Source: Phyllosticta citribraziliensis (taxonomy: Eukaryota). From it: DNA of 64,000 nt. Made by a program: the position numbers and the translations under genes. Positions within the stretch are counted from its first letter, which is position 1; each line of letters starts with the position of its first letter. Below are positions 12,856 through 26,571 of the stretch, piece after piece. The notes beneath the pieces are model-generated. The model saw only the letters and a list, made by a program, of their open reading frames with translations, was not told where the DNA came from and did not search any database. The stretch lies in contig NW_027117338.1 in NCBI RefSeq assembly GCF_038025025.1, positions 2,666,001 to 2,730,000 on the forward strand. The letters are read 5' to 3'.

Positions 12856-14634
12856 TCAAAATGTCCGAGCGTACTGAAAATCGGCTGGCTGAAGGCAAGG
12901 TTGATTCCTGCCGAGCGCATAGAGGCCAAACATCATTCCTGTGAAAGTCGCTCCCACTGGTGGATCACGAGTCATCGGCGTCTTCTGCTGCACTCCGATC
13001 CAGCGAATGCCGGCATTGCCGGTTTCCCGGAATCCTAACCTGTACGCGTCGTCGGTGCTTTCAACCAGTAGAACAACGTCTTCGGATTCTTCCGCCAGCC
13101 GGACTTCAATCGAGTCGCCATATGCTGCCTGGAAGCGAACCACGCGATGGCCGGATGACTTGGAAATGCATATGCCGACACTGGCGTAAGTGAGCTGGTT
13201 CCAGTAGACTACGGCGCCTGCTTCAGTATCTTTCGAAGTTGGATGAAAAGATAGCTTGGTCTCCCATGTGATTGCTTCGTGTGTTTGCTTGCGAAAGAAA
13301 GCCGTTGGGCATGCAGGGGAGGACAGCGTATATGGACCTCCATGCAATCTCAAGTGTCCCTGGCGCTCAGCAAGGGAGTAATCTTGTGTGGCAGGTGTAT
13401 CTGGTGGGATAAGCCAAGGTGCAATCGGTTCACTGGTCTGCAGGCTTACTCTTTCTGTACCAACCCAGCTGAAGTTGCGGTTCACCAAAGTCATCACACC
13501 ACTGACCTGGTTGCTTGCTCATGGAAACACTGGGTGCTTCATACCGCATCATTATTTTTCTTTCTCCAACAATCACTGGCCAGTCATTCTTCCATGTTAC
13601 AGGAACGAGGAATGTTTCGCGTCCTAATCATTCATCAACCCTGCACAATAAGACCATTATGAGAGCACGTGCACAGCAAGGCAACACAAAAGACTCACCA
13701 AAAACGGATGGCTGCCACTGATCGTCAATTCTCCTCGGCCTGACGGCAAGGAGAAGAGCCCACCAATTGCCCTTTTCGTCGTCAATAAGGTCGGCATGGC
13801 CTGCGTTCTGGACTTGGTCGCCCGGCCCGTTGCTCCACAGCGGGTTGCAGGGACCGAGCTCCCAGGGACCGAATGGCCCAGCAGCGCTGCGGCTGACGTA
13901 CTCACTGTGGCCACCTTCGGTTCCACCCTCAGCAGTGAACAGGTAGTAGTAGTTGGCACGTTTGATGATGTGGGAGCCCTCGGCGACACCGCTACCCTGG
14001 AGGGACTCGCGTATGAGGCGCAGCTCCGAGGTAGATCTGCCGGTTTTCAAGTCGACAGAGCAAACATGGACAGCGAAATCTTTTAGCCGCAGGCCCGGAG
14101 TCCGATCAATTTTGCGATACGTCGAAGAAAGGTAGACCGTGCCATCATCGTCCCAGAAAAGCTGCATCACGGTGGTGCAGCAAGTCAGCGCACACGGCGA
14201 CGTGTCCAAGCAGCGCCATCTTGACCTACATCTTGGTCGAAGCCGGCAACGTCGAAGTAGATGGGGTCGGACCAGGAGCTCGAGTCCCAAATGTCCGCAG
14301 TCTTGACGTAGAAGCCTCGCGGCCACACGCGGTCATCTGCTTGAGGGCGATACCGATCAAAACAGGCTGTAGCCACGTAAAAGACGCCGTCGTGCCACCG
14401 GAGAGTTGGGGCCCAAACGCCACCACCAACTTCGGGAGTGCGAATATCCAACTGGCTTTTGCGCGTCAGGGCATGACCGATGAGTCGCCAGTTAACCAAA
14501 TCTTTACTATGGTAGATGGGAACGCCTGGGAAGTACTCGAATGACGACGTGACGACGAAGAAGTCGGATCCCACGCGAACGACCGAAGGATCCGGATGGA
14601 AGCCGCGAAGGACGGGGTTGTCGTAGGTGGCCAT
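12856..14634 (-). CDS. Glycoside hydrolase family 43 (beta-xylosidase/arabinofuranosidase-like) with C-terminal beta-sandwich; no signal peptide
   Basis: Exons 14634-14230, 14161-13699, 13623-13450 and 13400-12856. Motifs NPVLRGFHPDPS, SSFEYFPG, GVWAP, GFDQD|LFWDDDG, AEGSH, AEGGT, GHADL, GRETFL and FTGMMFGLYA. Confidence 0.92.
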
Positions 14635-14858
14635 GTGTGGTGATGGTGCAGGAGATGGGTCCGTCGAAGTTTGCTGGAGGTGGTGAAGGTGACGGCGAGG
14701 ACGCGGGGGCCGTGCGAGAAAGCATCCAACCGTCCATCCACCTTTGGTTGTGCGCTGCCTGCCGTACAGCCGCGCCACACCAAGATACACACGGCTCAGT
14801 CAATTGAAGTCAAAAGCGACCATGTTTCCGCTCTCGATGCCTCCGTGTCAACTCCAAT

Positions 14859-16991
14859 ATGACTACTCCGGCTCTTGCTCGCATTCGTGAGCTTTGTCTC
14901 CGCAGCGAAACGGTGAGCTCGCTTCTTGCTGCTGACTCCACTGGCTCGCTTTCACCGGGTGAGGCTTCGACCAAACTCTACGGGAGCCATGGGCTGAGTG
15001 TGCACGAATGCAAGCCGCCCAAAGAGCGTGATCCAGCCTCGCCCGAGGATCTCGAGCTGTTGCTTCAATGCGCCAATTTTGGACCGACGAGACCGTCCAA
15101 CTTGTTCCTGCGCATATGGCATGATGCTCTACACGCATTGGACCATGACCCACTGGCCGGTCTTGTCAGTCCTCCTCTGATGGGCAGTTCTGGAGTCATT
15201 CCCCTGACCATCATAGGCCCCTTGCCAGATATTTGCCGTCACATGGTGAGGACTTGAGCCAAATCCAGCAGCGTTGTTCATCACTTACGTGCCAATAGTC
15301 CAATCTCATTTCTAGAGCAGAGAAGGAGGTCATACTCGCCACAAACTACTGGAAAGAGTCAAATGCCTCTCGTCTGATCACGGACTCAATCAAAGAGCTT
15401 TCAGTCAGAGCGGGACGACGAGGACAGAGAGCTGTGGTCAAAATCATCTATGACAGGGGCAGTCCAAAGCAGGTCTTCAACAATCACTTGCACGTCTCTC
15501 CCGGAGAGTGGACTGCTTCAGGCATCGGGCTCCCCGCAGCCGACGAGATCCCCAACGTGGATATGGAGGTCGTCAACTTCCATCGCCCGATTCTTGGAAC
15601 ATTTCACGCCAAGTTCATGGTAGTCGACCGGAAGTTTGCTGTCGTGTGCAGCAACAATATCCAAGTAAAATTACGCCTCCTTGTCAATGAAGTGCGAACT
15701 AATGACCTTTCAGGACAACGATAATTTGGAAATGATGACCCATTTGGAAGGTCCAATCGTCGACTCTCTGTATGATGCAGCTCTCCTTACTTGGCACGAC
15801 AAGCTCGATCCTCCCCTTCCCCTGGTATCAACGGGAACGAGCCAAGTCCAGGTGGAGTCGACTTTCGAACGGCAATCTTTCCAGGACCTTGTTCGACATT
15901 CCGATTACTTCAACAGTCAAACTATGGCAGACTTCGTGGCAGAAAGGGATATGGAACAGCAGAATCTGCCTGAGCATAATCCAGGAGACCCGCACTACGA
16001 TTCTGACATCGCCGGAGAAGTGATTCGTGTTCAATCTGCTTTGACGCCCAAAAATGGCCAAAGGGTCATGGACCTTGTAACAGATCATCTAAGTGGGCTT
16101 TTCTCCTTCGACTCATTTGTGGTCCTTTGCTAAGACAGCTTCAGACGCATCTACTGGCCAGAATCTACGCGGTGACGCGCCGGATTGCTCGTCTTCAGAG
16201 AACATGACGCCCTTCATCCCACATGCAGTTCACAACGCTTTTCCGATTGCACTCGTAAATCGCAAGCCATGGGGCGCTATCAATCATTCCTGCGTGAATT
16301 CTCCTCAAAACGAGGCTTGGCTGTCGGCCATACGGCACGCTGAGTCGAGCGTCTTTATCCAATCGCCAGACATCAATGCTGAGCCGCTGATCCCGGAGCT
16401 TCTCAATGCTGTCAGGCGAGGAATATCGGTTACCCTCTACGCCTGTCTTGGCTACAATGACCTTGGAGAGCTTCTTCCCTATCAAGGAGGAACTAACGAA
16501 ATGGTTGTCCATCGCATGTACTCCGAGCTGAATCCAGATGATCGCAGGCACCTCCACATCCATTGGTACGTGGGGAAGGACCAGACAAAGCCTCTGAACA
16601 ACAAGTTCAAGCAAAGAAGCTGCCACAGTAAGATCAGTCGTTTTGCCGTTCAACCTGGTAGTTTGCTGATCTTTCTACAGTCAAACTGATGATCGTCGAC
16701 GACCACATTGGAATACAGGGCAGCGGGAATCAAGATACTCAGTCATGGTATCATTCCCAGGAAATCAACGTCATGTTTGACTCCCGGAGCACTTGTCTCG
16801 AATGGCTTGCCGCAATTCGTAGAAATCAAAACACACACTTATACGGTGCATTGTCCCAGGAGGATGGTATCTGGAGAGACAACCACGGAGATGAAGCTGA
16901 AGGTTCCATGGGCGTCAATCCAGGCCACATGGCCTGGATGAAGGGTATCGCAGGGGCAGTAAATCGTGTAAGAGGAGTTGGGGGTTTCTAG
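14859..16991 (+). CDS. Phospholipase D/nuclease superfamily protein with two HKD motifs
   Basis: Exons 14859-15245, 15299-15664, 15714-16092, 16145-16627 and 16681-16991. HKD motifs FHAKFMVVD and CH|IKLMIVDD…GSGNQD. Confidence 0.88.
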
Positions 16992-17581
16992 TGTGGGCGG
17001 GACCAGCTACTCACTGATACGCTTGCTTAGCAGGCCAAAATGCTAGTGCTAGAAGAGGCATAAGAGACAGTAACCAGCGGCGAATGAGTAGGCTCTATAA
17101 GACGGGACTAAAATAACTACTAAACTAAGATAAGCCACTATCTAGCCATTATCTTATTATCTAAGTAGTATAAACTTAGGTATAAATAATAAATATAAAT
17201 AAATAAATAACTAAGTATTTAGTAGATAATAGTTTAACTAGATATAAAAGACTTTATTTATACTAGTTATACCTCTCTATAAGTAGCTATAAAAGGGGGT
17301 ATATAACTAACTAATCTACTACTAAAAATACTAATAATATAAGACCTCCTATTACTACTAAAGATACTAAGTTCTCCCTTACTTTTATTAGCTATTATTA
17401 TTACTACTAAACTATATAGAACTATAATTTCCTAAGATTCTAGAACTACCTATTATCTTATTATTATACTAGCCTAATCTCCTACTTATATCTAAGCTAA
17501 AATTATTACTAGGAATAGGAATAAGAATACTAAAATTAACCTTCTAGAGCTATAAAACTAGTACTAACTAGTAGTACTATC
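16992..17581. mobile_element. Solo LTR, family S (copy 1), with 4-bp TSD CTAG
   Basis: Starts TGTGGGCGGGACCAGC, the reverse complement of the end of the copy at 21251-21846. CTAG flanks it at 16988-16991 and 17582-17585. Confidence 0.8.
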
Positions 17582-18348
17582 CTAGATATTTTAGGCTATA
17601 GTACTTAGGTTTAATACTATTTTCCTAGTCTATAGATACCCTCTAATATAAGAAGTCCTAGTTAGCTATAAGGGACTAGAGTAAGGATCTTATTAATTTT
17701 TTAAAATTAATAATCTACTTTTATAAGATTTAGCACTATAGGGGGTTAAATTAAGTAGTAATAATATATTTAGTATACTAGATAATAGATAAAAATATTA
17801 CGCGCGTGCTATATAGTATCTAGTTTATATTTTATTATATTTAGCACTTAGTATTTACTACTTATATATATACTAGCTGTTTATAGCTAGCCTAGGAGTA
17901 GATAGTTATTCTACATAGGCTATATAATAACTACTCTTACTCCCTACCTATTAATTATTAGTAGTCTATATTAATTTACTCTACTAGGTACTATAATACT
18001 ATTAATAAGTCTCTTACTACTTATAAGAAGATAAGACTTATTATCTATCTCTTACTAATAAGTTTTCTTACTTTAATTATACCCTATATAGTATTAGGAT
18101 AAAATACTATATCTTTAGATATACTAGAAGCTCTAGGTATTATTATTTTTATAGTCCTAGCCTTAGAGGAGGTTAGTAAGTAAAATTATAAGCAAATATA
18201 GCTCTAGTTATAATAGAGACTTATTATCTTATTATATAATATAGTTAGGAACCTATATAATAGCTAAGAGTAGCTAGTCTACTATTAGTACTAAGCTATT
18301 AGCTACCTTCTAAGTTATACTAATAGCCAGCTAGTAGTTAGTTACTAC

Positions 18349-21300
18349 TAAGATGAATTGATATAGATAGAGTAGATAGGTAGTAGAGTAGGGATAAGGC
18401 CTATAAGGATACTAAGGTATAGGGTTAGCTAAACTTTAGTTATATAGTAGTATATATACCTAAGTAAGCTATAGGCTAAGTTAGCTATAGCTCTATATCC
18501 TCCCTACTACTCTACCTTATAATTATTAATTATTAGCTAATTAACTTACCTTACTAGGTACTAATTTACTACTTTATAATATTATTATAAGGTTACCTTA
18601 TTATCTCCTTAAGTAAGAGCCTAGGTTTCTATCCTAGTTAAAGACTTAAGCTAATAACTCTTCTTTTACTCTATTAGGTAGGTTTAGATTAAAACTACTA
18701 TATATATATATAATATATAAAACCTAGTTACTATATAATACTAACTAGATAGGTTACTAAAATAAGATATAGTACTATAAGTAGTATAGATAGCTATACC
18801 TATTAATACTATAGCTTCTAAGGAGTAAGTTATAATTAGTATAAAGGACCTTAAATTAATAAAAGATATAATTAATAAAGTTAGAGGTATTAAGAATATA
18901 ATAAGTACTAGGTAGTTCTTAATTAGCTTATTACTAACTATTATAATAAAGATAAGTATTACTATAAGTATAAAACTAAAGTTACTATACTCTAGAACTA
19001 ACTAATAGCCCTCTAAAATAAGTATAATAAGTATAAGGCTTAATAGCCTAATAACTTATATATAATAATTAATAACCTTTAAGCTTAGTTAACTATAAGT
19101 AAGGATAATATTAAAGCCCTCTATAATAAGGCTACTATTTACTCTACTAGTAATAGTAGCTCCTATCCTAAGCCCTAAATCTATAACCCTAATAAATTTA
19201 ATACTAACCCTAATAAATATAAGGACTATTATAGTAAACTTAATACTAAGCTTTACCTTAATATACTTACTTAGGATAATAATACTAAAGTTACTACTTA
19301 TATCTTATCCTACCTCTCTACTAAAGTAGGTAAAGCCTTTATTAGATATTAGAAGGATAGTATTATTACTATCTTATTCTTTAAACTAAAGTATAAGCTT
19401 AACTCTATATATAATATTAAGAATAAGTAAGGTAATACTATTACTAAGCTTAGTACTCTTATATAAAGTATAACCCTACTAAAAGAGTTTCTTATTAAGT
19501 TCTAGTCCCTTACTATAGCTACTAGCTAGGATAATATAACTATAAAGGAGAGTCTATTAGTTAAGCTTTTATATAGTAACTACTATCTTATACTTACTTA
19601 ATATAATAACCCTCTTAATAATATAGTCTTATTCCTTATAGAAATAGCTAATACCTAGGCTACTTATAATTATACCTTTAGTACTAAGGCTTATAAGGAT
19701 AGTAATAATAATATATATACTAGTAGATATACCTCTTATAGAGTATATAATAGATATAGAGGATTCTATAGTAGCTAGAGTAGTAATAGTACTAGTATTA
19801 ATATTACTTATATAGATAATAAGGATATAGATAAGGATAAGGATATTATTAGTAAATATAATATATCTATAGTAAAGTACTATAACTATAATAAGATAGG
19901 CTATATCTCCTATAACTACTTAAATAAAAATAAGGATAAGGTTTAGTCTATTTATATTATTAATATTAATTTAGAAAATAAGTAATCTTACTTAAAGTTA
20001 TAAAGTAGGGTATATAAGATAATAGTTTAAATAAGGATAGATTAAGTAATAATAGACTCTCTTTATCCTACTCTTATATTATCTATATATATATTATAGG
20101 ATAAGTTATCCCTCTCTAAGCCCTAGTAGATACTAGCTATAGAGGGTATATATATATTAATACTTTATTAGTAAACTATCTCTACTAGTATAGAGTATAT
20201 AAGTAGCCTCTAGAAAAGCCTTATATTATAATAGATTTTACTAGAAAAGACTACTACTAACTTATATACTAATTAAACTTCTATCTATAGGTAGGACTAT
20301 ATTATAACCTTTCTATACTATTTATAATTATACTACTTAATAAGGATTATAATATATATATTAGCTAGAAGTACTAAAGGTAGTATAGCTTTATAATTAA
20401 TATAGGAGCTAGTACCCTAGAGATTTAATAACTAGTAAATATAAATATAGGATTACTCTATAAGAATAGTAAATTATAGATAATACCTAAAATCCTAAAG
20501 AGGATTCTACTAGTAAAATTAGACTAATTAGAGTATAAGTAGCTAAGCTAGCTAGTTCTACTAGTAGAACTAGATAACTAAAAGACTTAAGATAAAAGTA
20601 GAAATTCCCTAATAGAAACTAATACTAAGTATACTTATAGTAAAGAATTAATTATAGTAATAATTAGATATAAGGCTCTATTACTATTACTATATAAGAT
20701 ATAAGTAAAGTAGGATAGTACTAAAGATATTACCCCTATCTTATAGTCTATATATAAAAAGATAATTAAGAAATATAGCCTAAAGGCCTATAGTACTATA
20801 TTTCTACTTATAGATAATAATAGTAGGATAGAAATAATAGTTTATTATCTTATTAATACTAACTACCCTAAAGTAATTAATAGTATATAAAATAAAGGAG
20901 TAAATTATATTAGCTAAGAAGACCTTAATTACTAATAGACTAAATACTTAAAACTAGCTACTAATCTAAAGACTAAAGTACTAGAGGAGTATTATAACCT
21001 ACTTAAGGTATTTTTTAAAGAAGTATCTAATAAACTCCCCCCTTTCTATCCTAGACTAGACTTTAAAATTAAATTAAATAGTAATACTATTAGTATTAGA
21101 TATAGTAGGCTATTATATATATCTAAAGTAATAGTAGGTAAGGTAAAGTAGTATATTTAAGAGAATAAGGCTAAGGATTTTATTAAGAAAAGCTACTCTT
21201 CTATCTTATCTTCTATTCTACTAGTTTATAAGCCTAGAGATAGTATATAGTGTGGCACTGCTGGCCGGCACGGTTTTCGCGGCTTTTGATGGGTACTTTC

Positions 21301-24300
21301 AGCAATTGTGGTTCTCATTCTTGGCTGCGGTTTTAGCTTAGATATAAGTAGAAGATTAGGCTGGTAAGAAAATAAGACTATAGGCGGCTCTAGAATACTA
21401 GGAAGGTACAGTTCTGCGCGGTTTAGTAGTAATAATAATAGCTAATAAAAGCATGAGTAAATTTAGCATCTTTAGTAGTAATAGGAGGTTTTATACTATC
21501 TGTATTTTTAGTGGTAGATTAGCTAGTTATATACCCCCTTTTATAGCTACTTATTAAGAGGCACCACTTATATAAATAAAGTCTTTTATACTTAGTTAAA
21601 CTATTATCTACTAAATACTTAGTTATTTATTTATTTATACTTATTATTTATATCTAAATCTTATACTACTTAGACAGTAAAGCGATGGCTAGATAGTGGC
21701 TTATTTTAGTTAGTTTAGTGGTTATTTTATTCCTGTCCTGTAGAGCCTACTCATTTACTGCTGGTTACTATCTCTCATGCCTCTTCTGATACTGGCATCT
21801 TAGCCAGCTGAGCAAGCGTATTAGTGAGTAGCTGGTCCAGCCCACAATAGTTCTATATAAACTATTAATATCTTAATAGTATAATAAAGAAGGATAGATA
21901 TACTATCCTATTAATTAATAAGACTATTACTCTTATTAGAGGAGCTAAATAGTTAACTAAAGTAGATATTAGGTAAGCTTTTAATTATATCCTAGTAGAT
22001 AAAGACTTATATAATCTTATAATATTTTAAATAAAATTTAGTACCTACTATTATAAGGTAGTATCCTTTAGTATTACTAATAGACCTATAGTCTAGTAAT
22101 ACCTTATTAACTAATACCTTATAGAGTTTCTAAATAAGGTTTATATAGTATACCTAGATAATATACTTATCTATAGTAAGATACTTAGTTAGTACTACTA
22201 GTATATCTGTAAAGTATTAAAATATCTCTAAGATTAGGGCTTATAAGTAGATTTCTATATATAAGAAATAAAGTTTTTAGGAGTGATTATTACTACTAGG
22301 GGCTAAAAAATAGACCCTATAAAGATTAAAGTAATTATAGGCTAGTAAGCCCCTTACTCTATATATAATATCTAATTATTCTTAGGATTTATAAACTTTT
22401 ATAGGTATTTTATTTATAGATTTAGTAGTAAAGCTAAGCTACTAATATAATTAATAGGAAAGGATACCCTATTTATATAGGGACTAGAATAGTAGTAGGT
22501 ATTTAAGGCTCTTAAAGATACTATAATAAGTATACCTATATTATACTACTTTAACCTAAAGCTTAAGACTATTATAGAAACTAATATATCTAATATTAAT
22601 ATTAGTAGGGTTCTCTCTTAAAAGATTAATAGATAGATATACCTAGTAGTATTCTTCTCCTATATTATAACTCTAGTTAAAATAAACTATATAATCTATA
22701 ATAAAGAGCTATTAGCTATTATTATAGTACTTAAAGCCTAGGAGCTAGAGTTAAAGTTAGTAGACCTAGGACTATTTATTATATATATTAATTACTAGAT
22801 ACTATAATAGTTTATAATAACTAAGAAGCTCTAAAGGTACTAGATTTAATAGAATAAAGAATTAGTAGGGTACTATTTTAAAATTATCTACTAATCTAGA
22901 AAAGTAAATAGTAAAGCTAATACTCTTACCTACTAGATATAAGACTAAGTAACTAAAAATAATAATTATAACTAATACTAGTATTAAGTACTACTTCCCC
23001 CTAAAAGATTAGATAAGTCCTATAAATAGTAGGACTTAAAGCTCTTAAAAGAGGACTAGGCTAACTCTATTATAAATAAACCTAATAATAAGTATACTCC
23101 CTTCTATACCCCTCTAAAGGGGTATAAGAATAATATTATTAAAGATAACCTAGAGTATACTAAGGTAAAGCTAGAGAATAAGTAGCTAATACTACTTATT
23201 AGCTCTATACTCCTCCCTCTCCTAATATAATTTATAAATAATAATAATAGTAACTATAAATAGGAAGAATAGACCTTAATTAATAGATTAAGTTTAAGAA
23301 GAGTAGGTTATAATACTCCTTCTCTACTTATATTACCTTCTACTAGTATAGTAAACCTAATAACTAGTAAAAAGAAAGATAATAGTAATATCTAGATAAA
23401 GGACCCTAAAGCTATTACTAGCTAACTAGATACCTAAAGTAAATACCTAGTAGATCTAGAGGATATTATTAAAGTAATTAAATAGTATAATTATAAGATA
23501 ATACTAGAAATAGACTCTCTTTATAAGTAAGTAGAAGAGTATAAAGTATATATACTCTATAATAGCTTATTATATATAGCTAATAGGTTATATATCCTAG
23601 AGGAGAATAACCTATATATCTACTTACTTAGATATATCTATAAGTAGCTAATAATAGGATATCTAGGTATAGCTAGAATATACCCTATAGTATTAAGCTA
23701 GTATTATTTCCTAAAGATAAGGGAACTAATTACCTAACTTATAAAGAACTATATACTTTATAGCTATAACTAGAAGTATAATAAGATAAATAGCCTACTA
23801 TAGCTATTACTAATAGGAGAGTACCTATAGGAGGACCTTATTATAGACTTTATAATTAGCCTTAAAAAGATTAAGTAGGGTTATAATACTATTCTTATAG
23901 TATATAACTAGTTTAGTAAATCTAAGTACTATATTAAGTATAGTATAGAAGATAGTAGGATAGGAGTAGCTAAAATAGCTAAAATAATAATTAAGTAAAT
24001 CTTTAGCCTTTATAGCCTATTAAGGACTATTATCTTAGACTATAACCTATAGTTTATTACTAACTTATAGAGGGAGGTATTATAGTAACTAAAGATAATA
24101 GCTAAGCTAATAATACCCTATTATCTATAATTAGATAGATAAACTAAATAAGCTAACTAAGAGCTTAAAAAGTATTTATATAGCTTTATTAACTAGTAAT
24201 AAGATAACTAGGATATATAGCTCCTAATTACTAAACTTATAACTAATATATTAGTTAATACTTCTATAGGTATATCCCCCTTCTTTATATATTATAGCTT

Positions 24301-25208
24301 TAAACTATATATAAGCTTTAATTATAGTAAAGTAAGACTAAAGTTAAAATTAAGAGCTAAGGTATTAGCTATAGAATAGGTAAAATTAATAGAGGATATC
24401 TAGTTAAAGACTTAGTTAGTACTTATATTTATAAAGGAGAGATAAGTATACTAAGCTAATAAATACTAATATACTTATAATATTTAAGAGAATAACCTTA
24501 TCTTTATTAAAGTAAAGTATATAGATACTAGATACCCCTAGAAGCTTAGATAGCCTAATCTAGGACTATATTAAATAGACTCTATAAGAGGTAACTAGGT
24601 AATATTAGACTTACTATAAGATTCTTATATTATAAACTAATTTAATATAGAATAGTTATATTAATATAATAATAGGCTACTACCTAGTTAATAAGAGCTA
24701 CCCCTACTACTAGAGCTAAATAATAAGAGTAAAGAGGAGTAGTATATATAGGAGGTCCTAGATATCTAGATAAATAAATAAAGGGGAGGTATACTATAGT
24801 TTTAGGTTTATTAGATAGGATATCTACCTAATATAACCTAGTAGGATACTAATAATAGCTTATTTAATAGAGTAGCTAAGACTATCCTAGATTAATATTA
24901 GATAAATAATAAAAAGGGACTATATCTACCTAATAGCTAGTCCTTAGGTTAAGGACCTAAAGGGGAGGGGGGTAGTAAGATAAATTAATATAGATAGAGT
25001 AGATAGGTAATAGAGTAGGTATAAGGCCTATAAGGATATTAAGATATAGGGTTAGCTAAACCTTAGTTATATAGTAGTATATATACCTAAGTAAGCTATA
25101 GGCTAAGTTAGCTATAGCTCTATATCCTCCCTACTACTCTACCTTATAATTATTAATTATTAGCTAATTAACTTACCTTACTAGGTACTAATTTACTACT
25201 TTATAATA
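18349..25208 (+). mobile_element. Full-length Ty3/Gypsy chromovirus-type element F (RIP-inactivated)
   Basis: 233-bp LTRs at 18349-18581 and 24976-25208, 5-bp TSD ACTAC, PPT AGGGGAGGGGGG at 24961-24972. De-RIPed motifs: CCHC knuckle at ~19878-19919, RT KPGGGVRFCVDYR at ~21230-21870, YLDD at 22151-22162, integrase MDF at ~23840 and chromodomain at ~24730. Confidence 0.92.
21251..21846. mobile_element. Solo LTR, family S (copy 2, opposite orientation to copy 1), inserted in the RT of element F
   Basis: TGTGGC…CCCACA termini. 4-bp TSD ATAG at 21247-21250 and 21847-21850. Splits the de-RIPed motif VR|FCVDYR. Confidence 0.9.
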
Positions 25209-25976
25209 ACTACTAGCTTATTATCTAGCTAACCTATTACCCTAGTAGGTAATAATAATAATAAACTACCTATTATTACTACTAGGCTAGTAACCTAATA
25301 GCTCTAGGAGTAGGTCCTAGAGCTTATTTAGGTAATTTATAATAGGGGTAATGTACTAGGCTATAAGGTCTAGTATTAATTTACTAATCCTAAGTACTAG
25401 TCTAGTAATAGCTCTCCTAATAACTATTATATATAGTATAATAATATTAAGTATAAGCTATTTTATAATAGTAGCTAGTATTAGGATAATATAGCTAAGG
25501 CTATATATATTTACTCTTACTAAGCTAGTAAGGCTGCTCTAGCTACTATTATTATTATTATTATTAATAATAATAATAATAATAAGAGAGATAATCCTAT
25601 AGCTATCTAGGCCCTACTAGATAGTTTATATAGTATTATAGACTAATAGAGCTATACTATTACTTAGCTTACTACTATAGACTTAGTTTTAGATACTAGG
25701 GTAGTTTTTAAAATATTATTATATATATATTATATATTAGCTTATTAGGCTAGCTAGGATAGCTAGATAGCTAAAGACTAGTTAGTTTATAAGCTCTAGA
25801 AGCTATTCTATAATATTACCCTAGCTTAGATTATAGCTAGCTATAGTAAGCTATTATTAATCTTAGACTAGGCTACTAATATTAGCTAAGCTAAACTATT
25901 ATCTACTCTATAGCCTATAGGCTACTACTAGGGTATAATTTATACCTTAGTATTACTAGCTAGTCCCTCCTACTAG

Positions 25977-26571
25977 TGTAGCACTACTAGTTAGCACCAT
26001 TATTACGGCTCTAGAAAGTTATTTTTAGTATTATTATTCCTATTCCTAGCAGTAATTTTAGCTCTAATATAAGTAAGAGATTAGGCTGGTGTAATAATAA
26101 GATAATAGATAGCTCTAGAATCTTAGGAATTTATAGTTCTGCACGGTCTAGTAGTAATAATAATAGCTAATAAAAGTATAGGTGAGCTTAGTATCTTTAG
26201 TAGTAATAGGAGGTCTTATATTATTAGTATTTTTAATAGTAGATTAGCTAATTATATACCCCCTTTTATATCTACTTATAGAGAGGTATAACTAGTATAA
26301 ATAAAGTCTTTTATACCTAGTTAAACTATTATCTACTAGATACTTAATTATTTATTTATTTACACTTGTTATTTATACCTAAGTTTTATACTACTTAAAT
26401 AATAAGATAATGGCTAGATAGTAGCTTATTTTAGTTAGTTTAGTAGTTATTTTAGTCCTATTCTATAGAGCCTACTTATCTACTACTAGTTACTATCTCT
26501 TATACCTCTTCTAGTACTAGTATTTTAGCTAGCTAAGTAAGTATATTAGTAAGTAGCTAGTCCTACCTATA
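25977..26571. mobile_element. LTR, family S (copy 3, same orientation as copy 2), without matching TSD
   Basis: Colinear with 21251-21846 from TGTAGCAC to TCCTACCTATA. Flanks CTAG and TTTT do not match. Confidence 0.8.

Larger units (their letters stand above)
17796..25976 (+). mobile_element. Gypsy element A: 5' LTR (17796-17998) plus partial gag, interrupted by element F and truncated at the S LTR
   Basis: LTR and leader match element B (from 29288) and the minus-strand copy at 60144-61779. Sequence resumes seamlessly at 25214 after F. Confidence 0.75.

Noticed and set aside
13624..13643. Alternative upstream CAG acceptor in GH43 intron 2
   Set aside because: It gives an immediate stop, whereas the TAG at 13626-13624 restores the conserved GRETFL. 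No evidence of use.
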